Below are positions 11,818-26,673 of a DNA stretch of 64,000 bases, piece after piece. Below the pieces are notes generated by a model, which saw only the letters and a list, made by a program, of their open reading frames with translations, was not told the DNA's origin and did not search any database. The DNA is from Eledone cirrhosa (lineage: Eukaryota): positions 357,182,001 through 357,246,000 of the forward strand of contig OZ024743.1 of the NCBI GenBank assembly GCA_964016885.1, read 5' to 3'. The position numbers were made by a program, and so were the translations under genes. Numbering within the stretch: position 1 is the first letter of the stretch; the number at the start of each line of letters is the position of its first letter.

Positions 11818-12204
11818 AATTGTTTCTACTTTTGGTACAAGGCCAGGAATTATACCAGTGTATTACTGGTACTTTATTTTATCGACCCCGTAAGGATGAA
11901 AGGCAAAGTTAACCCCGGTGGGATTTGAATTCAGTCAGACCATAAAGGGCCGTAACTCTTTGCTGCAAAGCATGGCGTCAGACCCTCTACCAATACTGCC
12001 AATCCACCATATATATATAATTGTTTCTACTTTTAGGCACAAGGCCAGCAATTACCCAGTGCATTACTGGTACTTTATTTTATCGACCCCGTAAGGATGA
12101 AAGGCAAAGTCAACCTCGGCGGGATTTGAACTCAGACCGTAAAGGGATGTAACTATGCTGTAAAGCATGGCGTCCGACCCTCTACCGATACTGCCAATAC
12201 ACCA
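11818..12204 (-). mobile_element. two tandem SINE S2 copies (11818-12009 and 12018-12204)
   Basis: Two consecutive full-length matches separated by a short (TA)n. Confidence 0.9.
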
Positions 12205-12459
12205 TATATATATATAATGACATTCCACCATTAAGCAAACAGAAGTCTGATGTGATTTTGATTCCAGAGCTGGGCCCGATCAATAGAGATCAAACCTTGA
12301 GCTGATCAATCGTGAAACGCATGTCACACCTGAATAAACAATGAAAATTTGACACCTCGTCCATACTTATAATTAATATGACGCTCTGCTTAGTACAACC
12401 CCAAAGTACATACTAGAAACTATGCATCAAGTGAACCAACAGTAATTTGACATTACAAT

Positions 12460-12595
<136 letters not shown>

Positions 12596-12631
12596 GTATA
12601 TATATGTATACATATATATATATATACATAC

Positions 12632-12670
<39 letters not shown>

Positions 12671-12697
12671 CATATATACATACACATATATACACAC

Positions 12698-12750
<53 letters not shown>

Positions 12751-12766
12751 CATATATATATATATG

Positions 12767-12845
<79 letters not shown>

Positions 12846-12889
12846 ATATATGTGTATGTATATATGTGTATGTATATATGTATATATGT

Positions 12890-13493
<604 letters not shown>

Positions 13494-13623
13494 GGCCCTT
13501 TATGGTCTGACTGAATTCAAATCCCGCCGAGGTTAACTTTGCCTTTCATCCATACGCTACTTGGCAAATAACTATATGTATCACCTATCCCCCCTTATTT
13601 TCTCTTTCTCGATACGTAAATAC

Positions 13624-13669
<46 letters not shown>

Positions 13670-13760
13670 TGTATGTATATATATATATATATATGTATGT
13701 ATATATATATGTGTATGTATATATATATATATGTATGTATATATGTATGTATATATATAT

Positions 13761-13964
13761 AAAGTGCAGGGCGATAAAAATAGACGGTAGCCACGGAGTA
13801 GGCAGACCCAGAAAAACGTGGAACGACTTGATAAATTCCGACCTGACACACTTACACCTCTCCAAGACAATGTCACTGGACCGGAATCTTTGGTCCTACA
13901 CAGTCATACAGAAGACCCGCTTTGCCTAAGTACAAAGCGAAACCTACAGTCAGTAGGCACCTCT

Positions 13965-13969
<5 letters not shown>
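13761..13969 (+). mobile_element. internal fragment of the same RTE family
   Basis: [28 protein letters not shown]... is nearly identical to the C-terminus of ORF 39825-43070. Confidence 0.9.
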
Positions 13970-14002
<33 letters not shown>

Positions 14003-14203
14003 ATATATATATATGTATGTATATATATATATATATATTGTTATACTTTTCATATAAAAAACCTCGCAAAACTAATTCATCTCCGTTATATATATATATA
14101 TATGTATGTATATGTATGTATATATATATATATATATACATATATATATGTGTATGTATATATATATGTATATATAAATATGTGTGTATATATATATATA
14201 TAT

Positions 14204-14542
14204 CATTTCATTTCATTTTACGTCCGCTTTTTTTCCCTGCTTGCAAGGGTAGGACGGGAACTGATTCTGGCTTGATTTCTACAGCTGGATGCCCTTCCTA
14301 ACACCAACCTCATTTACAGTGAGTGCTGGGTGCTTTTTTTGCCGTGGCACCTACACGACCACTTTACAGTGGAATGATAGGGACCCCAGTCCCTATCATC
14401 TCATTTCTACAGCTGAGTAAACTGGAGCAATGTGAAATAAAGTGCCTTGCTCAAGGAAACAACACATCACCCGGTCTGAGAATTGAACTCACAACCTTTC
14501 GATTGCAAGGCCAATGCTCTAACCACTAAGCCATGTGCCTCC
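14204..14542 (-). mobile_element. SINE S1
   Basis: Near-identical to 577-920. Confidence 0.9.
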
Positions 14543-14633
14543 ATATATATGTGTGTGTGTGTATATATATATGTGTGTGTGTATGTATATATATATGTGT
14601 TTGTATGTGTATATATATATATATATATGTGTG

Positions 14634-14688
<55 letters not shown>

Positions 14689-14719
14689 GTGTGTATGTAT
14701 ATATTTATATATATGTATG

Positions 14720-14774
<55 letters not shown>

Positions 14775-14852
14775 ATGTATATATATGTGTGTGTATGTAT
14801 ATACATATATGTATGTATATATATATATATATTATATATATATATATGTATA

Positions 14853-15054
14853 TGAGGGTCAGCTGAAAAATTCATAGGCTGACTATGAAGGATTGATGCT
14901 AGAGCAGATAAATCTTACATGCATTAATTTCATCTCTCTCTTCTTATTAGTAACTGCATTGTTTCTTTCCAGGGACTATGTCGAAAAATAAACCTCATTT
15001 GGCCATTCCATGAGAGTATTTTAGTCAGCCAATGAACTTTTTAGTCAACTCTCA
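14853..15054. mobile_element. mariner-type MITE
   Basis: Imperfect ~33-bp TIRs TGAGGGTCAGCTGAAAAATTCATAGGCTGACTA / TAGTCAGCCAATGAACTTTTTAGTCAACTCTCA, with TA flanks. Confidence 0.75.
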
Positions 15055-15145
15055 TATATATATTGAGGGAGAGATATAGATATGCATACATATATTTTTG
15101 TCCGACCTATGCCAGCATGGAAGGCTGAGATAAAATGATAATAAT

Positions 15146-15192
<47 letters not shown>

Positions 15193-15920
15193 TGTTTGTG
15201 TGTGTATTTGTCTCCACATATGCATTTACATCTATGCGTGTGTCTGTGTCTCATAACTTAATGGTTTCATAAAAAAAAAATCAATAAAATATGTACCACA
15301 TAGGTACAGTGATCAATGTGATCAACTAAATCAAGCAGTGCTCTAGCATAGCCACAGTCAAATGGCTGGAATCACTTAAAGAATATAAGAGTAAAAGAAA
15401 ATATATACCAAATCTGCATGGATATGATGCAAAATTCTTACCCACACAGTCATACTTTAAACCTTGTGTCATTATTTAGAATTTATATTTTTGCTAAATA
15501 TTCAATCATCAAATGACTATGTCATTGAGCCAGCTAGAAAATTTTCTGAATGAGTTTCTGATTGGTCCTTATCTTACCCAATATAAGGAAGGCGCAGACA
15601 TGGCTAAATTGTTAAGAAGTTTGCTTTGCAATTATAAGGTTCTGGGTTCAATCCAATCCCACTGCATGTTATCTTCAGCAAGTGTCTTTATCATAGCCTT
15701 GGTTTGACTTAAGCCTTATGAATGTATAGAAGCCTGTCAGATTGGCTGTACTTGTAATTCAATTGTCCAGTCTTATCACATTGATTCTGCTTGGGAATTA
15801 TGTTAAAAAGTACACATGTCTCTAGAATACTAATCAACTTTCATGTAAATTCACATGTACATTCAGTTGATTGAAGGACTGAATGCTCATTGTCAAAACC
15901 CAAAAAGGTTCACCATTATC

Positions 15921-16199
15921 TTAACTTTTTCAACTCCAAACCATCTGAAACTGCCCCTGGTTCTATGATACAAAGTTGTTTGTTTTAAAGTATTTATGTT
16001 AATATAAAAATGTTTTCATCATACTTTAAAAAAAGAGGCTTTGTTGAGTTATGCTCCAAGCACCAACTGAATAATGAGAACATTTTTTTACATTTTTTAA
16101 TAAAACCCTTGAAATTCTTGGCTGTTCCCCAAACTATTTGAAAATCATAGGCAGCACTTTTTCATATTTCATTAGAAATATGGGAACAAAAAGGGTTAA
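15921..16199. mobile_element. piggyBac-type MITE family B
   Basis: TTAACTTTTT ... AAAAAGGGTTAA. GAAACTGCCCCTGGTTCTATGA is mirrored at ~17015-17035. Confidence 0.55.
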
Positions 16200-16729
16200 A
16201 CATAAACATCTGCAGATAATTTTGAAAATTTCATGGTGCAATAATTCATCACGCGATCATTTTGCAAGGAACCTTTGGGAAATGACATGGTGACATTTTG
16301 AATTTCAAATACTTTAATAAATATAACATTTCACCTTCTGATTAGTGAAAGTCAAATCATCAAACGTGACTGTTCATGTCACTTGAAAGAAACTGTGTAT
16401 ACATAACATAAGTGACAAATGACACATACATGAAGCAATGGAAAGAAACATGGACAGCTGAAAAATTTCAAGGACGTCACTAATTTGAATCTTTCAAAAT
16501 CCCTTTTAAGAAAGTCAATGATACCCAATGAGTTACAGAGCTGATTGTAATTGTCATGACCATATTCCCACTGAAATATACTTAACTTTGATAACTTTGA
16601 TAGGTTTAGGCCAGTATTGGCCCAGGCTATGTCTAACTTAATAGTGCCTAAAATTTCCAATTAATTTTTTAAATAAAATATAGGGATTTAGTAAAATATG
16701 GGAGGGATTTAGTAAAATATATTTCTCAT

Positions 16730-16913
16730 TGGATTGGCAGTATCGGTAGAGAGTCGGACGACATGCTTTCCAGCATAGTTACGTCCCTTTACGGTCTGAG
16801 TTCAAATCCCGCCGAGGTTTACTTTGCCTTTCATCCTTACGGGGTCGATAAAATAAAGTACCAGTAATGCACTGGGTAATTGCTGGCCTTGTGCCTAAAG
16901 TAGAAACAATTAT
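16730..16913 (+). mobile_element. SINE S2 inserted in a family-B MITE
   Basis: Clean S2 match ending GAAACAATTATT. Confidence 0.9.
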
Positions 16914-17148
16914 TAAGTTAGTAGTTTGGAACATTACTAAAGAAAAGTTTCTTATATAAATTTATAAAAGAAAATTTTAATTTAAATATAAATATTTTGA
17001 AAGAAATGGGTTTCATAGAACCAGAGGCAGTTCCAGGTGGATTAATAACAAAAGGGTTAAATATACATGTAGTTGAGGAGACATGACCTTTTAAGAAATA
17101 GTTAGAAAATCTTCAATATAAGTCATGGATGTACTATTTAAAAGAAAA

Positions 17149-17354
17149 CCTCCATGCTTCCCAAAATTCGCCAACACTACACCTGATAATTCCCCTCCAT
17201 ACACATGCACGCATGTATCTGTATGTATATCATGACTCATACACTCTTCACTTTCCTGACATTTGTACATTATTTTATGTACTATACATGCACCTTTGAT
17301 GAGTTGTAGTGCACCTGAGCTCTGTACACAATAAATCTATTATTATTATTATTA
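17149..17354 (+). mobile_element. CR1-clade LINE 3' end
   Basis: Matches 19895-20092; (ATT)n tail. Confidence 0.85.
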
Positions 17355-17519
17355 TGCCCTTTCTTTCACCAACCACTTTACACTAAGGACTGGCCACATT
17401 TTATTAAGCCATTTCTAATATGCTTTTAAGACCAACTTAACCTATCTCTCACTATAACAATTTAGTACCCAGAAATGTTAGACTAGGCCACCACATCACA
17501 GCTACTGTCTCTAAATTAC

Positions 17520-17715
17520 AAATATTGGTTTCTGATTTAAGCACAAGGCCAACAATTTTGGTGAGAAGGGGAAAGTCGATTAAATCGGCCTCAGTTTGTT
17601 ACTGGTACCTTATTTTATTGACCCTGTAAGGATGAAAGGCAAAGCTAATCTCAGTGGGATTTGAATGCAGAGTAAAGGGCCATAACTCCATGCTGCAAAG
17701 CATGTTGTCAGGCAC
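17520..17715 (-). mobile_element. diverged SINE S2
   Basis: GCACAAGGCC..ACTGGTACC..GGATGAAAGGCAAAG..GGATTTGAA motifs. Confidence 0.7.
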
Positions 17716-18355
17716 TCAATATTTACCCCGAAACCCCAAACAGATGTTGTGTCTGTGAAATCACCATAAAAAAAAATATTTTCTTTTCACCTCTTTCTAT
17801 CATTGATTCTTTCTTTTTTTCTTTTTCTTTTCCTCTTTCATTTCATTCATTCTTTCTTTCCTGTCTTTCTTCTTCCTTCTCTTTCTTCACCTCTGCTCTT
17901 TACTTATTTTCATTTTTTTTTTTTTCATTTGTTTTCCATACACCCCCATCTACCCCTTCACTTCCCTCTTCCTCCCCCACTCTTCTCCTCCATATCCCCT
18001 TATTTCCCTCCTTACTCTTCCTACTCTCCCCCTCCCCTAAACCCTGTCCTTCCCTTCTCTCCATCACCTCCCAACATTTCTGTTCTCCAGTGGTTGAAAA
18101 TCAAAAAGCTTAAATTTTGCTGACATCATCATCATCATTAACAAGACATCAATATGGACTATTTATTTTTCATAAAAAATATTAGTTCCTTACTATCATC
18201 ATTGCTACTATTTATCGGTACCATCATCATCATCATCATCATCATCATCTTCCTCTTAATTATCACAATCCTCGTTATTATTATATTATCTAGTATTAAT
18301 CTTCATCATTTGTTATTATTTATTACAGTTATTTATTATCAATTTTCTTCATCCG

Positions 18356-18408
<53 letters not shown>

Positions 18409-18439
18409 GTATATATATATATGTGTGTGTGTGCATGTA

Positions 18440-18484
<45 letters not shown>

Positions 18485-18500
18485 TCATATATACACACAC

Positions 18501-18531
<31 letters not shown>

Positions 18532-18609
18532 CAGGGTGTCCCCAAAAATGTATACACACTTCAACAGCATTCTAATAAATATATGCATACATTTTTGGGG
18601 GACACCCTG
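18532..18609. mobile_element. 78-bp Tc1/mariner-type MITE
   Basis: TA|CAGGGTGTCCCCAAAAATGTAT ... ATACATTTTTGGGGGACACCCTG|TA. Confidence 0.85.
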
Positions 18610-18704
18610 TATATATATATTAGCTCATTCCTAAGAGCTATTTATTAAATATGGAAATAAAAAGGACTTAGATTAAACTATAAAGAATGAAAAATTAATT
18701 GCGG

Positions 18705-19553
18705 AGAACATACATGTACACTTCTACATAAACACATACACAAACACATGCACACTTATACATACATTAACACACAAACACATACACACATACATAAACA
18801 CATACACACTTATACATACATACAAAAACACATACACACTTATACATACATAAACATAGGCCCACATATACATACATAAACACATGCACACTTATACATA
18901 CATACATAAATTTAGGCACACTTATACATACACAAACACAGACACACTTATACATTCATACACAAACACATACACACTTATACATTCATACACAAACACA
19001 TACACACTTATACATTCATACACAAACACATACACACAAACATACACACTTATACATACATAAACACATACACTCTTATACATACATTCACAAACACAGA
19101 CACATTTATACATACATACACAAACACAGACCCATACATACATAAACACACTCACATTTATACATACATACATAAACACACACACAGACACATATACATA
19201 CATAAACACATACATATTTATACATACATACACAAACACAGACCCATACATACATAAACACACACACACATACATACATAAACATAGACACACATATACA
19301 TACATAAACACAGACACACATATACATACATAAACACACAAACAGACACACATATACATACATAAACACACACACAGACACACATATACATACATAAACA
19401 CACTCACATTTATACATACATAAACACACACACAGACACGCATATATATACATAAACACATACACAGACACACATATTTATACATAAACACATACACATT
19501 TATACATACATACATAATCACACACACAGACACACATATTTATACATACATAC
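18705..19553. repeat. CA/CATA cryptic minisatellite
   Basis: Seen directly. Confidence 0.9.
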
Positions 19554-19554
19554 A

Positions 19555-20092
19555 TGACCTCCTGGAAACTGTTCAGAGACATGCAACCAAGCGCATACCC
19601 TCCATCAGACACCTACCATACTCTGAACGCCTTGCTTCCATGGGCATGGATTCATTGAAGCTCCGTCTGGCAATGGACTTGGTAAACACCCACAAAGTTA
19701 TTAACCATCTCGCCAACAACAACCCTGAGCACCTTTTTGATCTCCATGTGTCTAACACACGTGGACATCCCTCCAAAATCAGAAAACAGCACAGCTCCCA
19801 TGACTTTCGGAAACATTTTTTCATTCTCCGAGTTGCTGAAGCATGGAACAAACTGCATGTGTCAGTTATTAGCTGCCGAGACACTGCATCCTTTAAAACC
19901 CTCATGCTTCCCGAAATTCGCCAAAACTACACCTGATGTACCCCTTCCATACACATGCACACATGTGTATATCATGACTCATGCACTGTTCATTTTCCTG
20001 ACGTTTGTACATTACCCTATGTACTATACATACACTTTTTAATGAGTTGTAGTGCACCTGAACACTGTACACAATATTTCATTATTATTATT
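19555..20092 (+). mobile_element. CR1-clade LINE 3' fragment
   Basis: LETVQRHATKRIPSIRHLPYSERL...TRGHPSKIRK...RKHFFILRVAEAWNKL are canonical CR1 ORF2 C-terminal motifs; (ATT)n tail. Confidence 0.92.
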
Positions 20093-20339
20093 TTTATTTA
20101 TAAACACACACACAGACACACATATACATACATAAACACATACACAAAGAGAAAGATGATGGGAATTTGAAAATTTGTGATTATGATTTAAATGAAATAT
20201 CACAAATGAAAAACTTCCTTGTTATTTAATTTTTTAAAATAATATATTACCTATAATTGCAATATTTCTTTACCTGGGTGTCACAATCATCATCATCTTC
20301 TTCTTCAATATTGCTACAAAGTCATCCTGACATTTAACC

Positions 20340-23300
20340 CAAACACAACCACAACCACAACCATCATCATCACTATCATTATCATCACAACCATCACAAC
20401 TACTGTCATGACCAAGACCATCACCATCACCATCACCACCATCATCGCCATCATTACCACAACTTCCGCCATCACCACTACTGTCACCATTATTGCCATC
20501 AGTAACTTTCACACTACCGTCATCAGGGCAACTAACTAGTACCACCACCATAATCACTGTCATCACTACCACCACCATCACCACTACTACCACCACCATT
20601 ACCATTATCATCACTACCACAACCATCACCACCACTGCCACCACCATTGCCATCAGGACAACAAACCACTACCACCACCATCACTTGCACCATCATAATG
20701 ACAAACCACTACCACCACCATTACCACTATCACCACCACCACCATCAGGACAACAAACCACTACCTCCCCCATCACCATTATCATCACTACCACCACCAC
20801 CACCACCAACACTAGCACCATCATGATGACAAACAACTACCACCACTGCCACCACCATTGTCATCACTAACTTCAACACTACCATCATCAGGACAACAAA
20901 CCCCCACCACTAGCACCACCACTATCATCTATACCACCACCAGCACACCACCACCAGCACACCACCACCACAACAACCACCACCATAACCATCACCATCA
21001 TCACCACTACCACCACCACCATAACCATCACCATCATCACCACTACCACCACCACCACCACCACCACCACCACCACCACCATAGCCACCAACACCACCAC
21101 CACCACCACCACAACCACCACCACCATCACCACCACCACCAGCACCACAACCACCATAACCGTCACCACCACCACCACCACCACCACCATAACTACCACC
21201 ACCACCACCACCACCACCACCACAACCACCACCACCACAACCACCACCACCATCACCACCACCTCCACCACCACCAGCACCAGCACCACCACCACAACCA
21301 CAACTACCACAACCACCACAACCACCATAACCACCACCACCATCACCACAACCACCACCACCACCATAACCACCACCACCAGCACCACCACCACCACCAC
21401 AACCAACACCATCACAACCACCACCACCACAACCACCACCACCACCACCTCCACCAGCACCACCACCACAACCACAACCACCACAACCACCACCACCACC
21501 ACCACCACCACCACAACCACCACCACTACCACCTCTACAACCACCACCACAACCACCAGCACCACCACCACCACCACAACCACCACCACCACATCCACAA
21601 CCACCACCACCTCCACCACCTCCACCACCTCCACCACCACCAGCACACCACCACCACCACCACAACAACCACCACCATAACCACCACCATCATCACCACA
21701 ACCACCACCACCACAACCACCACCACCAGCACCTCCACCAGCACCACCACCACAACCACCACCACCACAACCACCATCACCACCACCAGCACCACCACCA
21801 CAACCACCACCACCACATCCACAACCACTACCACCTCCACCACCTCCACCACCACCAGCACACCACCACCACAACAACCACCACCATAACCACCACCATC
21901 ATCACCACTACCACCACCACCACCACTACCACCTCCACCACCACCACCATAACCCCCACCACCACCACCACCACAACCATAACCACCACCACCACCACCA
22001 CAACCACCACCACCACAACCACCACCACAACAACCACCATCACAAGCACCACCAGCACCACCACCACCAGCACCACCAGCACCAGCACCACCACCACAAG
22101 CACCACAACCACCATAACCGTCACCACCACCACAACCACCACCACCACAACCACAACCACAACCACAACTACCACAACCACCACAACCACCATAACCACC
22201 ACCACCACCACCACAACCACCACAACCACAACCACCACTACCACCACCACCACAACCACCACAACCACCACCACCACAACCACCACCACCACAACCACCA
22301 CCACAACCACCACCATCACAACCACCACCACCACCATCACAACCACCACCACCACCTCCACCTCCACCAGCACCAGCACCACCACCACAACCACCACAAC
22401 CACAACCACCACCACCATCACCACCACAACCACCACCACCACCACCACCACCACCACCACCATAACCACCACCACCACACCATAACCACCACCACCACCA
22501 TAACTACCACCACCACCACCACAACCACCACCACCGCAACCACCACCACCACAACCACCACCACCACCACCACCACCACCACCACCACCATAACTACCAC
22601 CACCACCACCACAACCACCACCACCACAACCACCACAACCACAACCACCACCACCACCACCATAACTACCACCACCACCACCACAACCACCACCACCGCA
22701 ACCACCACCACCACAACCACCACCACCATCACCACAACCACCACCACACCATAACCACCACCACCACCATAACTACCACCACCACCACCACAACCTCCAC
22801 CACCGCAACCACCACCACCACCACCACCACCACCATCACCACCACAACCACCACCACCACCATCACCACCACAACCACCACCACCACCACCATCACCACC
22901 ACAACCACCACAACCACCACCACCACAACCACCACCACAACCACCACCATCACAAGCACCACCAGCACCACCACCACCAGCACCACCAGCACCAGCACCA
23001 CCACCACAAGCACCACAACCACCATAACCGTCACCACCACCACAACCACCACCACCACAACCACAACCACAACCACAACTACCACAACCACCACAACCAC
23101 CATAACCACCACCACCACCACCACAACCACCACAACCACAACCACCACTACCACCACCACCACAACCACCACAACCACCACCACCACAACCACCACCACA
23201 ACCACCACCATCACAACCACCACCACCACCATCACAACCACCACCACCACCTCCACCTCCACCAGCACCAGCACCACCACCACAACCACCACAACCACAA

Positions 23301-25237
23301 CCATCACCACCATCACCACCACAACCACCACCACCACCACCACCACCACCACACCATAACCACCACCACCACCATAACTACCACCACCACCACCACAACC
23401 ACCACCACCGCAACCACCACCACCACAACCACCACCACCATCACCACCACAACCACCACCACCACCACCACCACCACCACCACCACCATAACTACCACCA
23501 CCACCACCACAACCACCACCACCACCACCATAACTACCACCACCACCACCACAACCACCACCACCGCAACCACCACCACCACAACCACCACCACCATCAC
23601 CACAACCACCATCACCACAACCACCACCACACCATAACCACCACCACCACCATAACTACCACCACCACCACCACAACCACCACCACCGCAACCACCACCA
23701 CCACCACCACCACCAGCATCACCACCACAACCACCACCACCACCATCACCACCACAACCACCACCACCACCACCATCACCACCACAACCACCACAACCAC
23801 CACCACCACAACCACCACCACCACCACCACCACAACCACCACCACCACCACCACAACCACCACCACCACAACCACCACCACCACCACAACCACCACCACC
23901 ACCACCACCACCACCACCATCACCACCACCACCGCCACCACCACCACCACAACCACCACCACCACAACCACCACCACCACCACAACCACCACCACCTCCA
24001 CCACCACCACCACCACCACCACCACCACAACAACCACCACCACCACCACCACCACCACCACCACAACCACCACCACAACCACCACCACCACCACCACCAC
24101 CACCACAACCACCACCACCACCACCACCACAACCACCACCACCACCACCACCACCACAACCACCACCACCACCACCACCACCACCACCACAACCACCACC
24201 ACAACCACCACCACCACCACCACCACCACCACCACCACCACAACCACCACCACCACCACCACCACCACCACCACCACCACCACAACCACAACCACCACCA
24301 CCACAACCACCACCACCACAACCACCACCACCACCACCACCACAACCACCACCACCACCACCACCACCACCACCACCACAACCACCACCACAACCACCAC
24401 CACCACCACCACCACCACCACCACCACCACCACCACCACCACCACCACAACCACCACCACAACCACCACCACCACCACCACCACAACCACCACCACCACC
24501 ACCACCACCACCACAACCACCACCACCACCACCACCACCACCATAACCACCACCACCACCACCACCACCACCACCACCACCACCACCACAACCACCACCA
24601 CCACCACAACCACCACCACCACCACCACCACCACCACAACCACCACCACCACCACCACCACCACCACCACAACCACCACCACCATCACCACAACCACCAT
24701 CACCACAACCACCACCACACCATAACCACCACCACCACCATAACTACCACCACCACCACCACAACCACCACCACCGCAACCACCACCACCACCACCACCA
24801 GCAGCATCACCACCACAACCACCACCACCACCATCACCACCACAACCACCACCACCATCACCACCACAACCACCACAACCACCACCACCACAACCACCAC
24901 CACCACCACCACCACAACCACCACCACCACCACCACAACCACCACCACCACAACCACCACCACCACCACCACCACCACCACCATCACCACCACCACCGCC
25001 ACCACCACCACCACAACCACCACCACCACAACCACCACCACCACCACAACCACCACCACCACCACCACCACCACCACAACCACCACCACCACCACCACCA
25101 CCACCACCACAACCACCACCACAACCACCACCACCACCACCACCACCACCACCACCACCACAACCACCACCACAACCACCACCACCACCACCACCACCAC
25201 CACCACCACAACCACCACCACCACAACCACCACCACA
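20340..25237. repeat. ~4.9-kb (CCA)n/(CAA)-interrupted trinucleotide array with higher-order duplications
   Basis: Seen directly; rare marker motifs recur ~0.9-1.1 kb apart. Confidence 0.97.
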
Positions 25238-25442
25238 GTTATCATTACTATTGGAGAATGTTGAAGAAATATGACTTTAACATGCCATTTGTATTACCGT
25301 GCAACTCTGACTGACATTTGATGTCTAATTCATGGAGACATAGTTGGGACTTGACATTGGTACAATGAAGACCATTCACAATAAACACTTTGCAGCAAAT
25401 TCAGTCCATATGTGTGTATGTGTGTGTATGTGCATGTGAATA

Positions 25443-25506
<64 letters not shown>

Positions 25507-25749
25507 CATGTAAATATATGTATATGTGTGTATATATGCATATTTATATATAGATATTTCTATTCTGAATTTGTTTAGCAAGATTCTTTATCTGAAAACG
25601 TGTGTTGAAACCGATATTGTTATACTTTGGGAGGGTCATGTTGCCAATAAGAAACACACGCACCAGTTGCTTTCACTTCAATTTATTATAATAAATTTAT
25701 AAATTTAGGAATTTATAAATTTCCGGTTGGTTGGTTGGTTCCACAACCA

Positions 25750-26162
25750 GATGATTGTTTATATATTGTCAAAGTTCTTTCGTCACACATTATGTAACCT
25801 CTTCAGTGACTGGGGATTCTTTTCTTTGTTTTTGTGGCTCTCCTTTGTTCTGTCTTACGCCATCTTGTTTTTGTGTGTGTTGTGTGCTTAGTTTGCGCAT
25901 GTGTTACATCCGGGTGTCTGTGTGTGTTTATATTTGTTTATTTATTTGTTTATTTACATGTTACTGGTTGGTTGTTTGTTCTATGTGCGTGTGTGTTTTC
26001 ATTTTGTCCTTAATTGTAAGTTGTGATGTTGCTGTTCCATTCATGTTTTCTATTTAATTTTGGTTGGAGTTCATTTATGTTTATTGCCTCTGTGATTTGT
26101 CTAAAAGACGCAATGTTTAGACAAATCACAGAGGCAATAAACATAAATGAACTCCAATCAAA
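25750..26162 (-). mobile_element. Penelope-like element 3' fragment (GIY-YIG C-terminus and pLTR) with inverted 5' duplication
   Basis: Minus strand 26102-26010 reads RQITEAININELQPKLNRKHEW..*, matching the Penelope GIY-YIG terminal motif R.I.EAI.I...P.LNR. A hammerhead lies downstream, and there is a 47-bp fold-back at 26059-26105/26116-26162. Confidence 0.75.
25768..25810 (-). ncRNA. degenerate minimal type I hammerhead ribozyme
   Basis: Minus strand: GTCA-CTGAAGA-G-GTTACA[TAATG]TGTGAC-GAAA-GAAC-TT^-TGAC. One unpaired G at the base of stem II. Confidence 0.6.
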
Positions 26163-26430
26163 TCTTTGGCTGTGACCTCTTCAGGCAGTCTGAATTATTG
26201 TGGTATAGACAATCATATAATTCCAGTTCCTCAGTGAAATAACAACCCAACCAGGAACTGGGCATATCAGAGTATTGACAATATTATACACCTCAACAAC
26301 ATATGTACTTGTCTATACCATACTATTTCAGACTGCCTGAAGAGGTCACAGCCAAAGATGGCTGTCACTGAAATATATATAGCAGTAATAAACGAAGCTA
26401 AATTTAATCATTTGACTTTTTATTTAACTT
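26162..26430 (+). mobile_element. second Penelope-like pLTR fragment with inverted duplication
   Basis: Inverted repeat 26162-26212/26309-26359, followed by a hammerhead and AATAAA. Confidence 0.65.
26332..26386 (+). ncRNA. minimal type I hammerhead ribozyme (Penelope-type)
   Basis: ACTGC-CTGAAGA-GGTCACAGCC[AAAGAT]GGCTGTCACT-GAAA-TATATA-TA^-GCAGT-AATAAA. Palindromic stem III and AUA triplet. Confidence 0.85.
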
Positions 26431-26435
26431 TATTT

Positions 26436-26466
<31 letters not shown>

Positions 26467-26493
26467 GTATGTATATATATATATATATATGTA

Positions 26494-26562
<69 letters not shown>

Positions 26563-26603
26563 GTATGTATGTATATGTGTATATATGTATATATATATAT
26601 ATG

Positions 26604-26673
<70 letters not shown>

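Noticed and set aside
20858-25245. Long poly-His/Thr/Val/Trp/Gly ORFs
   Set aside because: The (CCA)n array is open in most frames on both strands, with frequent frame slips and no splice or domain evidence.
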